Shown here piece by piece: positions 47,934-58,080 of a DNA stretch of 64,000 nucleotides; within the stretch, counting starts at the first letter, position 1, and the number at the start of each line of letters is the position of its first letter. The position numbers were made by a program, and so were the translations under genes. The DNA is from a virus (Duplodnaviria; Caudoviricetes), in IMG/VR virus record IMGVR_UViG_3300010882_000012, one strand, 5' to 3'. A model generated the notes under the pieces. The model was not told where the DNA came from. It ran no database searches and worked only from the letters and a program-made list of their open reading frames with translations.

Positions 47934-49511
47934 ATGGCTTTCTCACAAACAAGTAATGTTGAAAATGTTTTTGCACGTGCAGTTGTAGTTGGATTAGTTA
48001 AAACTTTAAACAATCAGATTTTTTACGAAAATGTTTTAGATAGTAATGGAACCTATGATATTGTAGGTGTTCCATTTTTTCCAGATTTTGGTCAAGGTTC
48101 AAGTGAACGATTTCTTCAAGATTACTTTTTGAATTGGGGTGATTGTGGTTCTGCTCAAAAAGTAGATGGTAACATAGATCCACTACCGAGAGGAATGGTA
48201 TCTCTTAATTCAATGGAAATTGATACATCAGCACTGACACAAAGATGGATACGAGCTGAATTTTCTAAAGTAATTGATGGTAATATCCAAACTTTTAATG
48301 CTTATCTTAATTCTTTACCACTTAAAATGGATTTTGATATTGAGATAAGAACAGATACTATGGTAGAAGCTTTTAAAATAGTGCAAGCTATTTTAGATAC
48401 TTTTTACAAAGTAAGGATTTTTAATGTTGAGTTTAGAGGATTCATGATACCATGCCAAATTTCATTTCCAGAAAATTATCCAATTGAAAGAGCAATGGAA
48501 TTTTCTTATCCATCTGAAAACAAAATTAACTTTACTTTTTCACTTGAAATTGAAACTTACTATCCTGTTATTGATGAACCAAACATGGGATCTGTAGAAG
48601 GTAGAAAACTACTTGCTGATGGAGATGGGGATATTACAAAGAAAAGGTTAACTAATGCCGATTTTGATATGGTTTTACGCAGAAGGGTTGGTAGTTATGC
48701 AGCAATGGTTTCAAATCCGATAGAACAAGAAATGGTGCCTAATCCAGATTGGGATGGTGAAGATTGGGATAAAGAATTCATTCCGGATCCTAATTGGCAA
48801 GAGATGATACCAAATCCTGTTTTAGAAGGAGCGGGTTTGGGAATGTCCGACAATTTGTCAAGTAAAACTTCGTCAATTCGTCAAGCAAGGAATACAATGG
48901 ATGGAATTATCATAGAGAAAGAAAATGATCAAGCAGGTTTTAATTGGTACCAACATAGACCGGTTCTAAATTTAGAAACACCAAAAGTAGGTGTAACTTT
49001 ATTGAGTAAAGATACTATTGAAATTTCATGGAAATTCACAGGATGGCTTGATAAAGTAAATGGTTATTGGTCAGATGATTATGGTACAACCTGGAATACT
49101 TTTATGCGACTTTATGATGCACACAAAGGAAGTTTCATGTGGCAATTGCCAGAATTTAATCCTACAATAGAAGCAGTTGTAATTTCAGATGTTAAAGTTC
49201 TTGAAAAAGCCATAATAAGATTAATTTCAGATGTAAATGGTACAATTACAGACTACATCATTATTAATCCTGGATTGGGATATGATGAGGCTACAAGTAT
49301 TGAAATTGAAGCAGAAGGAACTGGAGCTTTGATAGAACCATTAGTTGTCAACAGAAGGATAGAAGGAATTACCATCTTAAATGGTGGTTCTGGATACAAA
49401 CCAAGCAAAGAAACAGAAATTGCAATTAAGATTAGGTCTTCAGCAGATGAAACAATTTTTGATACAACTAAAGATGAGCAAGGAAATTTAGGTGTGATCT
49501 CTGTTAAGTAG
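47934..49511 (+). CDS. Tail terminator / sheath stabiliser (gp15-like) with long C-terminal extension
   Basis: VP...ERFL...LPRG...FKIVQAILDTFY pattern; C-terminal Ig-like region and I.N.G.GY repeats. Confidence 0.65.
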   Translation: MAFSQTSNVENVFARAVVVGLVKTLNNQIFYENVLDSNGTYDIVGVPFFPDFGQGSSERFLQDYFLNWGDCGSAQKVDGNIDPLPRGMVSLNSMEIDTSALTQRWIRAEFSKVIDGNIQTFNAYLNSLPLKMDFDIEIRTDTMVEAFKIVQAILDTFYKVRIFNVEFRGFMIPCQISFPENYPIERAMEFSYPSENKINFTFSLEIETYYPVIDEPNMGSVEGRKLLADGDGDITKKRLTNADFDMVLRRRVGSYAAMVSNPIEQEMVPNPDWDGEDWDKEFIPDPNWQEMIPNPVLEGAGLGMSDNLSSKTSSIRQARNTMDGIIIEKENDQAGFNWYQHRPVLNLETPKVGVTLLSKDTIEISWKFTGWLDKVNGYWSDDYGTTWNTFMRLYDAHKGSFMWQLPEFNPTIEAVVISDVKVLEKAIIRLISDVNGTITDYIIINPGLGYDEATSIEIEAEGTGALIEPLVVNRRIEGITILNGGSGYKPSKETEIAIKIRSSADETIFDTTKDEQGNLGVISVK

Positions 49512-49532
49512 TTGAAAAGCGGGAAAACTCTC

Positions 49533-49558
49533 AAAATAATCTGGAATAAATAGTAAAA
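49533..49558 (+). promoter_or_regulatory. Putative late promoter
   Basis: AAAATAATCTGGAATAAATAGTAAAA. Confidence 0.8.
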
Positions 49559-49610
49559 GATATTGGGCTGGTTTTAGATTCAATCAGTCAATTTAAAATA
49601 ATTGAAGATA

Positions 49611-52322
49611 ATGATTACAAAGTTAAAAGAACGAATCAATATCCTAAAAGAAAGCACAACAAATCAAGAGATAATCATTTTGGCAGATGCAGCGATTAAT
49701 TCATGCAAACAAGCCCCTGAATACTTGCAATCCATGGTTGCAGAATCATTGATTAATGATTTGAAAGAGTATGATGATCCGGCGACTAAAAAGTTTATTG
49801 CAAGAGAACAAAGAATTTTAGCAATTGATAATTTAGGTTTAAAAGATCTTCTTACTAAGATTTCAGAAAGTGAGTTGATGTACAACCAACAAACCAAGTA
49901 TGCAATTACATCATATGCAGAAGCTTTGAAATATCAGCCGGAATACAGTCTTGTTGAAGGGATGGTTGTTGAATTAAATTGTTTGGGTTGGCATAAGCTT
50001 GTAGCAGAAGGTATTGCAACTATTCAAGAAAATTGTGAGAAGTACAAAGAGGAAATCTTTTTATGCAATTTCATTAATGAGATTAAGAATTCAGCTGGAG
50101 ATTACTTGACTAAATTTTTCATAACAGAGTTTGATAATTACTTTGTTAATAGAGATGAGTATTCAAAACAAGCTTTAATGGAAAAAATTGAACCATATCT
50201 CTATGATGGTAGAATGCAAAAACTTAGCAACTTTTTGAAAGAGACATCAGCAGGATTGCAAGCTTTTTCAGATAATATTGCAGAAGTATCAACTATCTAT
50301 TCTCCGGTTATCATTAAAGAAAACTCAGAAATTTTTTACAGTTCTGGTCAAATGTTGAAAAGAAATAATGGATCTTTAGTTCAATTATCAGAAGCAGAAT
50401 TAAGAGAAGTACCACAGTCATTCTACATGTTGGCAGAGTTTATCAATAGACCGATTGTAAAAATGGGTAACAATAAAGCCACTATTTACACTAGCGATAA
50501 GAAAGTTGAAGTATTAAAAGAAGGGGAAACTACAATTTTGAAATTGAATGGAAAACAAATGGCAGCTGAATCTTTTACTAAGTTTTTCATGAATGAAGGA
50601 ATTTTTAGAGCACAAGATAACAATGTTTTAGCAAATGTTTTGAATTTGTATGAAAACTTTGATTCAATTTACGAAATTGATTATGGCAAGAGGATATTCA
50701 GTAAAATTCATGAAGCACAATGGATTGATGTTTTCAAATTAGACAAAAATGTGGCAGCTATTAGAATTGATGCACAAAATGGTCTTAATGAGTTTTACAA
50801 TAGTTTGAATGCAGTACAGACAAAAGTTTTAGTACAAGAACATGTGGGATTTGATATTAGCAGATCATTTAGAGATTTGTTACCAAGTGAAGAAGCAAAA
50901 GTTAAAGAATACAATACTGAAATTGCTAAGATAGATGAAACAATTTTAAGTTTGAAAACAAAGAAAGAAGAAATTTTGACCGAAGTTAATGAAAGTGCTA
51001 TTTTAAGAAATGATGCAACTATTAAAGAACTTTTAGAAGCAATTGATACTGAAATTTCAAAATTACAAGAGTCTAAATCAATGTTTAACAACATCTTAGA
51101 AAAGTTTAGTACTATCAGTATTGGTTTTAAGCAAGAAGAGTTTGTGAATGAAAAAGGTGGAGCAAGTTCAGAAATTGAAGAATTTTGGATGGATCATAAA
51201 AACAAAGATTTGACTGTTTATTTTGCACAAGATCAAGAAGATGGAACAGGAAAATGGTTAGTAGGTGAGCAAGTATTATCAGATTTTAAAGCAGGTTTGA
51301 TTTGGAATTTAGTTGAAGATGATCTTTCAAAAGCGGCAGCAATTAAAATGGCAAAAGATTTAGCAAAGAAAGATGATAAAGGACACTATTTTGAAACAGA
51401 AGAAGCAGTTTTTACTTTTGAAAGTAAAGTAGATGAAAGTGAAATTAAAGACGTTTGGAACAATAGAGATGAATACCTTGGATATTTAGGAAGTTTGTTA
51501 AAAGGAAAAAAAAATTCTGAAAAAGAGTACATCCTTGATAAACATGGTTTTTTGAGTGCTAAGTACAAAGTAACGGGTGCAGAATTTAAAGCTTTCTTTG
51601 AGTCAGAACAAATTGATGAATCTAAAGATCCTGATGGAAATGAGAAGTTTGATAAAAAGCATACTAAAGTAAAAGAAAGCAGTCCTTCAAGTTCTAATGA
51701 ATTAGGAGTCGGAGATAAAATCCGTATGCCTAATGGAAAACTTGGAACTATTGCAAGTATTGATGAAACAAATGGCAAGATAATTGCAAACATGGAAGAT
51801 GGTAAAGCCGTTGAAGTTCCTAAAAATCGTGCACATGAGCTAGAAATAGTAGAGCATAAATCCGATGGTAAACAACCTATCAAAACTTCAGACGGTTCAC
51901 AATCGGTTCAGGTTAAAGAAGGTAAAAACGATGAAACAAGAGTAATTGTTTCTTTAGAGATGTTTGGAACTAACAATTTTAAGATGATTGAAGTTGATGC
52001 TAAAGCTTTTGGTGTTGAAGTACAATTAAATGGAAAAGCAGTTTTAGTAACTGGAACATATGATGATATTTCAGCTTTTGTAGAAGATACAATACCTAAT
52101 CGAAAAGATCAAGTAGAAATAATTGGACAAATGGAGTCAGAACAAGTTCAAGAAAATCAAGATGAATGGGTTGCAGCGCAAGCAATTATCAAAGGTAAGA
52201 AAGAACCTGTGAAAGTAATGGCAATTGAATACACAACAGGCGGAGATGATGATTTGATAACAATTGATTTCAAAGGAAAAATTATGCAAATTGAGAAAAA
52301 ATTTGTGAATGTTAGTCTTTAA
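49611..52322 (+). CDS. Large late protein, probable head/prohead-associated protein
   Basis: Own late promoter and terminator; coiled coil; repeated (V/I/L)xE(S/G/N) sites. Confidence 0.5.
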   Translation: MITKLKERINILKESTTNQEIIILADAAINSCKQAPEYLQSMVAESLINDLKEYDDPATKKFIAREQRILAIDNLGLKDLLTKISESELMYNQQTKYAITSYAEALKYQPEYSLVEGMVVELNCLGWHKLVAEGIATIQENCEKYKEEIFLCNFINEIKNSAGDYLTKFFITEFDNYFVNRDEYSKQALMEKIEPYLYDGRMQKLSNFLKETSAGLQAFSDNIAEVSTIYSPVIIKENSEIFYSSGQMLKRNNGSLVQLSEAELREVPQSFYMLAEFINRPIVKMGNNKATIYTSDKKVEVLKEGETTILKLNGKQMAAESFTKFFMNEGIFRAQDNNVLANVLNLYENFDSIYEIDYGKRIFSKIHEAQWIDVFKLDKNVAAIRIDAQNGLNEFYNSLNAVQTKVLVQEHVGFDISRSFRDLLPSEEAKVKEYNTEIAKIDETILSLKTKKEEILTEVNESAILRNDATIKELLEAIDTEISKLQESKSMFNNILEKFSTISIGFKQEEFVNEKGGASSEIEEFWMDHKNKDLTVYFAQDQEDGTGKWLVGEQVLSDFKAGLIWNLVEDDLSKAAAIKMAKDLAKKDDKGHYFETEEAVFTFESKVDESEIKDVWNNRDEYLGYLGSLLKGKKNSEKEYILDKHGFLSAKYKVTGAEFKAFFESEQIDESKDPDGNEKFDKKHTKVKESSPSSSNELGVGDKIRMPNGKLGTIASIDETNGKIIANMEDGKAVEVPKNRAHELEIVEHKSDGKQPIKTSDGSQSVQVKEGKNDETRVIVSLEMFGTNNFKMIEVDAKAFGVEVQLNGKAVLVTGTYDDISAFVEDTIPNRKDQVEIIGQMESEQVQENQDEWVAAQAIIKGKKEPVKVMAIEYTTGGDDDLITIDFKGKIMQIEKKFVNVSL

Positions 52323-52350
52323 TCTTAGACTAATTTTTTGATAAAAATCT

Positions 52351-52380
52351 AGGTCCTACCAGAAATGATAGGACCTCTTT
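52351..52380 (+). terminator. Terminator hairpin
   Basis: AGGTCCTA...TAGGACCT then CTTT. Confidence 0.65.
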
Positions 52381-52387
52381 GATTACC

Positions 52388-52417
52388 AAAACTTTTTGCA
52401 AATTCCGTGTTAAAATA
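52388..52417 (+). promoter_or_regulatory. Putative middle-class promoter upstream of late sigma factor
   Basis: AAAACTTTT-N13-TTAAAAT. Confidence 0.55.
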
Positions 52418-52458
52418 GTAAGGAATTGCAAAACAAAGATTAAAAAGATGAAGGATGA

Positions 52459-52845
52459 ATGCCGGCAATAAAGGAACCAAAAGCTCCCAAGGAAAAGAAA
52501 ACTAATTACTTAGATCCTCAAGAATTTAGAGAAGAAATGCTAAAATCTAGAGAACAAGATGAATTGACACCAAAAGCAGTTCAGATGTTTAGAATAATGA
52601 GTCATGAAAATGCAAAGAGACGTACCTACAAATTCGAAGAGGACAGAGAAGATTGTGTTGCTTGTGGTGTTTTAGATTGTTTACTTTATTGGCGAGGTTG
52701 GGATCCTGAAAAGGGTGCTAACTGTTTTGCATACTTTACTACTGTTGTTTACAATGGATTACAGAAAGGTTGGAAAAGGCTTAATGGAAAAATTAAGTAC
52801 TCTCAAAAAGTTAGTTTAAGCCATCAAAATCTCTACAATATCTAA
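52459..52845 (+). CDS. gp55: Late-transcription sigma factor (gp55-like, compact)
   Basis: NYLDPQEF...DRED...WDPEKGANCFAYFTT. Confidence 0.75.
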   Translation: MPAIKEPKAPKEKKTNYLDPQEFREEMLKSREQDELTPKAVQMFRIMSHENAKRRTYKFEEDREDCVACGVLDCLLYWRGWDPEKGANCFAYFTTVVYNGLQKGWKRLNGKIKYSQKVSLSHQNLYNI

Positions 52846-52850
52846 CCAAG

Positions 52851-53495
52851 ATGAACGTAAACAATGATATCAAGAATTTAAAGCCTCAAAAAGGAACTTT
52901 CATTAATGGATTGTATCATATCCAACATCCTGAAAAGTACATCGGTGATGTTATGAAGTGCATATTTCGATCTTCATATGAGAAAAAATTCATGATTTAT
53001 TGTGATTCTAATGATAGAATAGTAAAATGGGCAAGTGAACCATTTCCAATTGTTTACTTTAATCCTGTGGATAAAAAAGAACATCGTTATTTTGTTGATT
53101 TCTACATCAAGTTAGAACAAGAAGATGGAACAATACAAGAATACTTAGTCGAGGTTAAACCAAAAGCAAAATTACAACCTCCAATATTAAAAGGACATCC
53201 AACAAACAGAACAATAAATCAGATTAAGTTGTACAATGCACAGTGCAAAGAATACATCACAAATTGGGCTAAATTTAAAGCAATTAAAGTTTTTTGTGAA
53301 TTGCACAATAAAAAGTTTTTGTTAGTAACTGAAGATTTTTTATTCGGAGAAAACTACAAAAAGGGAGTTGGAATTGAAAAACCAAAGAAAACTGAAAAAC
53401 AAAAACAAGCAGATAGAGAACTAAAGAAAAAACGTAAAGCCAAGAAAGAAATGGAATTGCGGATAAAATCTCAAGAATTAAATGGAAAATCCTAA
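52851..53495 (+). CDS. gp4: Head completion nuclease (gp4/TnsA-like)
   Basis: PEKYIGD, RSSYE, WASE, HRYFVDF, EVKP. Confidence 0.88.
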   Translation: MNVNNDIKNLKPQKGTFINGLYHIQHPEKYIGDVMKCIFRSSYEKKFMIYCDSNDRIVKWASEPFPIVYFNPVDKKEHRYFVDFYIKLEQEDGTIQEYLVEVKPKAKLQPPILKGHPTNRTINQIKLYNAQCKEYITNWAKFKAIKVFCELHNKKFLLVTEDFLFGENYKKGVGIEKPKKTEKQKQADRELKKKRKAKKEMELRIKSQELNGKS

Positions 53496-54201
53496 AGACT
53501 ATTACAAAAAGAATGCTGGTAATAGTAGCATAAGAGAAGAGACATATCAGTACTTTCTTGAGAAGTACATCAAGGGAGATGTTTCTAAATTTGCTTTAGA
53601 ATTACATGAAGGTTCTAAGATTAGCCATAATCAAAAACCGTTTTGGATTCCTGGTCGTGTTTACACCTATGAGTATGATCCTAAGTACAAAGATGTTTTA
53701 GATTGGTATGATACAAGACCTATGATGATGTGCATGGGAATAGAACATAATGAGAATACAGGTAATGATTTAGTATGGGGAATTAATCTTAGTTTTCTTC
53801 CAGAACAAGTGCGTACAACGGTTTTACAATTTTATTGGGATGCTTTTAGAAAAGAAATTGAACATGCTGAAAAATCATTTTGGGAAGGAAAACTTTTCTT
53901 AACTGTTCAAAAAGTAGTTGATTTTATTAAGAACTGGGTTTTACAACTAAAAATTTTCTCAAATCAAAACACTAATCTTAGTTTTGCATACAGAAAGTAC
54001 ATCATTGCTGGACCAGATGCAGGTAGAATACGTAATGCAACTTTAGTAGAATACACCGATTGGTCAAAATCAGTCTTTTTTGCGAGTAAAGAGATTCAAA
54101 AAGTAGGATTGGCTGAAATCTACAATTTGTACTGGAAAAATCTTCCAAAGAATATCAAAAGAGACAAAAAGAATAGTACAAACAAGAAACTAAAGAAATA
54201 G
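53482..54201 (+). CDS. gp2: DNA end protector protein
   Basis: GRVYTYEYDPKYK...WYDTRP...GINLSFLP. Confidence 0.82.
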   Translation: MENPKDYYKKNAGNSSIREETYQYFLEKYIKGDVSKFALELHEGSKISHNQKPFWIPGRVYTYEYDPKYKDVLDWYDTRPMMMCMGIEHNENTGNDLVWGINLSFLPEQVRTTVLQFYWDAFRKEIEHAEKSFWEGKLFLTVQKVVDFIKNWVLQLKIFSNQNTNLSFAYRKYIIAGPDAGRIRNATLVEYTDWSKSVFFASKEIQKVGLAEIYNLYWKNLPKNIKRDKKNSTNKKLKK

Positions 54202-54207
54202 CAATAG

Positions 54208-54230
54208 AAAAACTGGAATAGATAGTAAAA
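54208..54230 (+). promoter_or_regulatory. Putative late promoter variant
   Basis: AAAAACTGGAATAGATAGTAAAA. Confidence 0.65.
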
Positions 54231-54264
54231 GGTAAGGACCTTAAAGTAAAAAGAAAGAAAACCG

Positions 54265-55932
54265 ATGGCTGGTTTCATAGAATACGGTGTAGATGGTACA
54301 ACAAAAAGTTTAGCAGGTAATTTTGGTGTAGCAAAATCATTAAGAAAACTTGCTAGATTAGGAATGGACTATGATGATATGGTCATTAAGAACTCTATGG
54401 CGATAGGGCAAACCGAAAGTGCAATGGGTAATGATGGTTTTATGCCTGTAGAATTTTTGTACTCATTGGCTTATGCTGACATCTCACAAAAAAAGTACAT
54501 TGCTTATTTTGACAAATCTTTAAAAAATCGTAGAGATTACATCCGTAAATTTGCAATGAACTCTGAAATTGATTTTATTCTAGAGACTATTGCAGATGAA
54601 GCCATTGTTTATGATGAACGTAATTTTTTCTGTAGACCATCACTTGCCAACCTCCGCAAAATTCTTTCTGAAGATATTGAGTCAGAAGTAGTTAACTATG
54701 TTTGGAATGCTTTTACTTCAATTTACTATGCACACCATTTTATTGAAGGTTTTGATGCATGGGGTTATTTTAAACAATTTTTAATTGATGGATTTCTTGC
54801 TTTTGAAATCATTTGGGATAAAACAGGTGAAAATATCATTGGTTTTAAAGAGTTAGATCCTCTTTCACTTTATCCAAAAATGGAAAAAGGAAAAGATGGA
54901 TTACTTGAAAAAGTTTGGGTACAATATGAAGACATCCCAGCAATGAAAAGAAAACTTTTTGATTCTCAAATTATCTACCTTAGTTACTCAAAAGCTAATT
55001 TTATTGGTCGTACATCATACACTGAAAGATTAATCCGTTCTTTTAACTTGCTTAGGATTTTAGAGAATTCTCGTATTATTTGGAATATCATGAACTCAAG
55101 TTACAGAATTAAGATGATTGTGCCTATTGGAACTAAATCTCCACAAAAAGCAAAAGAAAGCTTAGGTGAAATGATGGCGCTATACAAAGAAGATATCAAT
55201 CTTGATATGGATTCCGGAGAACTTTCAGTAAATGGTAGACCAAGTATGCAATTTTACAAAAACTACCTCTTTCCAAGTAAAAATGGTGAAGAACCAACCA
55301 TTGAAACAATGGGTTCAGATGGATATGATCTTAGTGATACTGATGCTTTAAAGTACTTTGAAAACAAACTTAGAAGAGACAGTAAAATTCCATTTGAAAG
55401 ATTTGATAGAGAAGGAGGCGGCGGAACTTGGACAAATGATGCAACCTCAATAAACAGAGAAGAAATTCGGTTTGGTAAGTTCATTAACAGATTAAGGTCA
55501 CAATTTAATGAAATTTTGCTAAAACCATTAATTTTGCAAACCTTGCAAAAATTTCCGAGTTTGAAAGATGATGTAATGTTTAGGACAAGTATCGGGCTTG
55601 ATTATGAAGAAGAGAACTTGTTCCAGGAAAGCAAAGAAATGACCATATTTGGTGCCAGAGTAGATTTTGTGAATAATATGGCCAGCCTAATGGTAAGTGA
55701 GCCAGATGACACCGGAATGACAAATGAAGTACCATTTTTTGATGGATTGTTTCTTGCTGAAAGATTTTTGAAAATGAGTAACGCAGATTTGGAATTAAAT
55801 CAAAAGTACGTTAATAGACGTAAGAAAGGACTTGATCCACGGACGGGTAAAAAAATTCCAGCTCCTAAACCAGCGGAAGGTTCTGGTGGAGGTTCTTCAG
55901 ATGAACCGGATAGTATTAGTTTAGATGTTTAA
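54265..55932 (+). CDS. gp20: Portal protein
   Basis: EID...IADEAIV, FLIDG, NLLRILE, SKIP..RF, REEIRFGKFINRLR. Confidence 0.92.
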   Translation: MAGFIEYGVDGTTKSLAGNFGVAKSLRKLARLGMDYDDMVIKNSMAIGQTESAMGNDGFMPVEFLYSLAYADISQKKYIAYFDKSLKNRRDYIRKFAMNSEIDFILETIADEAIVYDERNFFCRPSLANLRKILSEDIESEVVNYVWNAFTSIYYAHHFIEGFDAWGYFKQFLIDGFLAFEIIWDKTGENIIGFKELDPLSLYPKMEKGKDGLLEKVWVQYEDIPAMKRKLFDSQIIYLSYSKANFIGRTSYTERLIRSFNLLRILENSRIIWNIMNSSYRIKMIVPIGTKSPQKAKESLGEMMALYKEDINLDMDSGELSVNGRPSMQFYKNYLFPSKNGEEPTIETMGSDGYDLSDTDALKYFENKLRRDSKIPFERFDREGGGGTWTNDATSINREEIRFGKFINRLRSQFNEILLKPLILQTLQKFPSLKDDVMFRTSIGLDYEEENLFQESKEMTIFGARVDFVNNMASLMVSEPDDTGMTNEVPFFDGLFLAERFLKMSNADLELNQKYVNRRKKGLDPRTGKKIPAPKPAEGSGGGSSDEPDSISLDV

Positions 55933-55938
55933 AAAGAT

Positions 55939-55964
55939 AAAGAGGATTTAAATCCTCTTTTTTT
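55939..55964. terminator. Bidirectional terminator between convergent genes
   Basis: AAAGAGGATTTAAATCCTCTTT palindrome with T run. Confidence 0.8.
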
Positions 55965-57987
55965 ATTTAATTAAAATCACAAATTCTTTATTTTCTCCAA
56001 AGTGACTTTTATTCTTTATCTCTTCAACTATGAAGTCTTTATACTTTTCTGTTTTATCAACTACAAAAAGATAACTTTCACACTTAAAGTTCTTTAAACA
56101 TATATCAATCCACTCATCACAACTTAAATCCTTTTGGCCTTCAAACCAAATCTCTTTCATATTATAAGGAGGGCAAGTAAATAAGCATTCATAAGTTCCT
56201 TCACATTCAAAAACATCTTTAACTTCTAAAAAAACATTTTCTATATCAAAATACTTTACAATTTCTTTAGATTCATTAATTACTATAGAATTTATATCTT
56301 GACCTATATATCTTTTACTTAAAGCAACTGTTCCTAACATTCTCCCTGAATATCCACTAAAAGGATCAAAGATTTCCCGATATTGATCCAGATACTTTTC
56401 TATTAAAGTTCTTGCTAAAGAAGGTTGAAATATAGTTACTTTCGGGGCTATTTTTGAAATATTAAATCCTTCTAAAATTCTGGATGGATCTATATTATTT
56501 TTATAAATAAATCTATTTTTTATAGCTCTAAGTAATAAATCATCTTGAAACCATGCTTCATAAGGTGAAAATTTTGCAACTTTAGATTTCCAAATAGAAT
56601 AATGAAAATGTCTTATAATTTTATCTCCTATTTGTGATTTTAATAAAAAATATTTATAATCTTTTAGTTGTTGGAAACTTGTTTTCAATATTTCATTTGA
56701 ATAAATTGGATATGGAAATTCTATAGATCTACACCAATTAAAAAGATTTTGAATATACTCATCATAATTCATTTCTAAAACATTAAAAAGTTCTTTAATT
56801 CCTTCTTCAAATTGTGATTCTAAAATTACTATAAATTTTACATTTTTTGGAATAAATAATATTCTATTTATATCAGGTTCTATATTTACTTTTTTACCAT
56901 TTTGATCTCCATAATATCCATGATAGTATAATCCATCACATTCAACCAAACAAATTAATTCAGTTTTTTCAATATCTTTAAATATTGCAAAATCAAAAGT
57001 TTTTGTGCAATTATCTCCTTGTATTGTATATAAATGTTCAAAAATTATACCCCTATTTGTTAAAACTTCTATCATTTTCTTTTCTAATTTTGAAAATTTA
57101 GAAGATTTTACTATTTTTGAACGAATTTCTTTTAAACAAAGTAAATATTTAACACCATATTTTTCTAAATTAGATTGAATAATTTTATCCTGAATAATAT
57201 TTGATTGAAATGGCCATTTGGTACCATAACGTTCTAAATTTGTTATATTTGTTTTATCCTGAATTTCTTTACATTTCATTGGATTATCCGTACCATATTT
57301 ATCAAAAAAGGTTTGTTTGCGTTTTTCTTGAAATTGTATAACATTACTAGGATTTTCAACACCATATTTTTTTAAATTTGTAGCAATTACTTTTTCTCGA
57401 ATTTCTTTAGATTGTCCCGGATTTTCAACACCATAATTTTGTTTTAATGTTTTTTTTTGTTTTTCTTGACAAATACTAGATTGAAATGGAAAATCTACAC
57501 CTAATTTATTTCTTATTGATTGTCTTACAGATTCTAATTGATATGCGTTTGTAACACCATGCCGTTCTATTAAAGTATTAATTATTTTTTCTCGAATTTC
57601 TTTAGATTGCCCCGGATTTTCAACACCATAATTTTTTAATAATGTCTGTTTTCCTTTCTCCTGAATTTCTTTACATTTCATTGGATTATCAACACCATAT
57701 TTATTAATAAAAGTTTGTTTTGCTTTTGCTTTTTGGATTATTTTAATACATTCTTTTTTTCCACATGTTTTATAATAATCTTTTATATAAAATTTTAATA
57801 ATTTATTACAATTTAAACATCTTTTTGGTTCTATTAAATTATTAAGTAATAAATAAATTTTTTCTTGATATGTTTCTATATTAGGAAATAAATTATCAAT
57901 TTCTTCTTTATTTTCTAAGTAAAGTTTTTCTTTTTTTGTCCAATGAAAATTAAAAAAATTATTTAATTTTTCTTTTAGTTCTTCCAT
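55963..57987 (-). CDS. Fusion protein: YGV(E/D)NP repeats, Vsr-like endonuclease, SAM-dependent DNA methyltransferase
   Basis: Repeats YGVENPGQSKEIREK; FDFAI...VECDGLYYHG; FDPFSGYSGR, YIGQDIN, FTCPPY. Confidence 0.78.
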   Translation of the reverse strand: MEELKEKLNNFFNFHWTKKEKLYLENKEEIDNLFPNIETYQEKIYLLLNNLIEPKRCLNCNKLLKFYIKDYYKTCGKKECIKIIQKAKAKQTFINKYGVDNPMKCKEIQEKGKQTLLKNYGVENPGQSKEIREKIINTLIERHGVTNAYQLESVRQSIRNKLGVDFPFQSSICQEKQKKTLKQNYGVENPGQSKEIREKVIATNLKKYGVENPSNVIQFQEKRKQTFFDKYGTDNPMKCKEIQDKTNITNLERYGTKWPFQSNIIQDKIIQSNLEKYGVKYLLCLKEIRSKIVKSSKFSKLEKKMIEVLTNRGIIFEHLYTIQGDNCTKTFDFAIFKDIEKTELICLVECDGLYYHGYYGDQNGKKVNIEPDINRILFIPKNVKFIVILESQFEEGIKELFNVLEMNYDEYIQNLFNWCRSIEFPYPIYSNEILKTSFQQLKDYKYFLLKSQIGDKIIRHFHYSIWKSKVAKFSPYEAWFQDDLLLRAIKNRFIYKNNIDPSRILEGFNISKIAPKVTIFQPSLARTLIEKYLDQYREIFDPFSGYSGRMLGTVALSKRYIGQDINSIVINESKEIVKYFDIENVFLEVKDVFECEGTYECLFTCPPYNMKEIWFEGQKDLSCDEWIDICLKNFKCESYLFVVDKTEKYKDFIVEEIKNKSHFGENKEFVILIK

Positions 57988-58080
57988 TTTTTATTATTAT
58001 TTTATAAAATGTTCTCATTCATCTACACTATATTTTAATATATATTCAAATTTTTCAAAAGTTTTTTATATTTTTAAAAT

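Noticed and set aside
523-57720. Direct repeats (523-1038, ~42110-42372, ~57240-57720) as CRISPR arrays
   Set aside because: All are in-frame protein repeats in endonuclease genes with no spacer structure or cas genes
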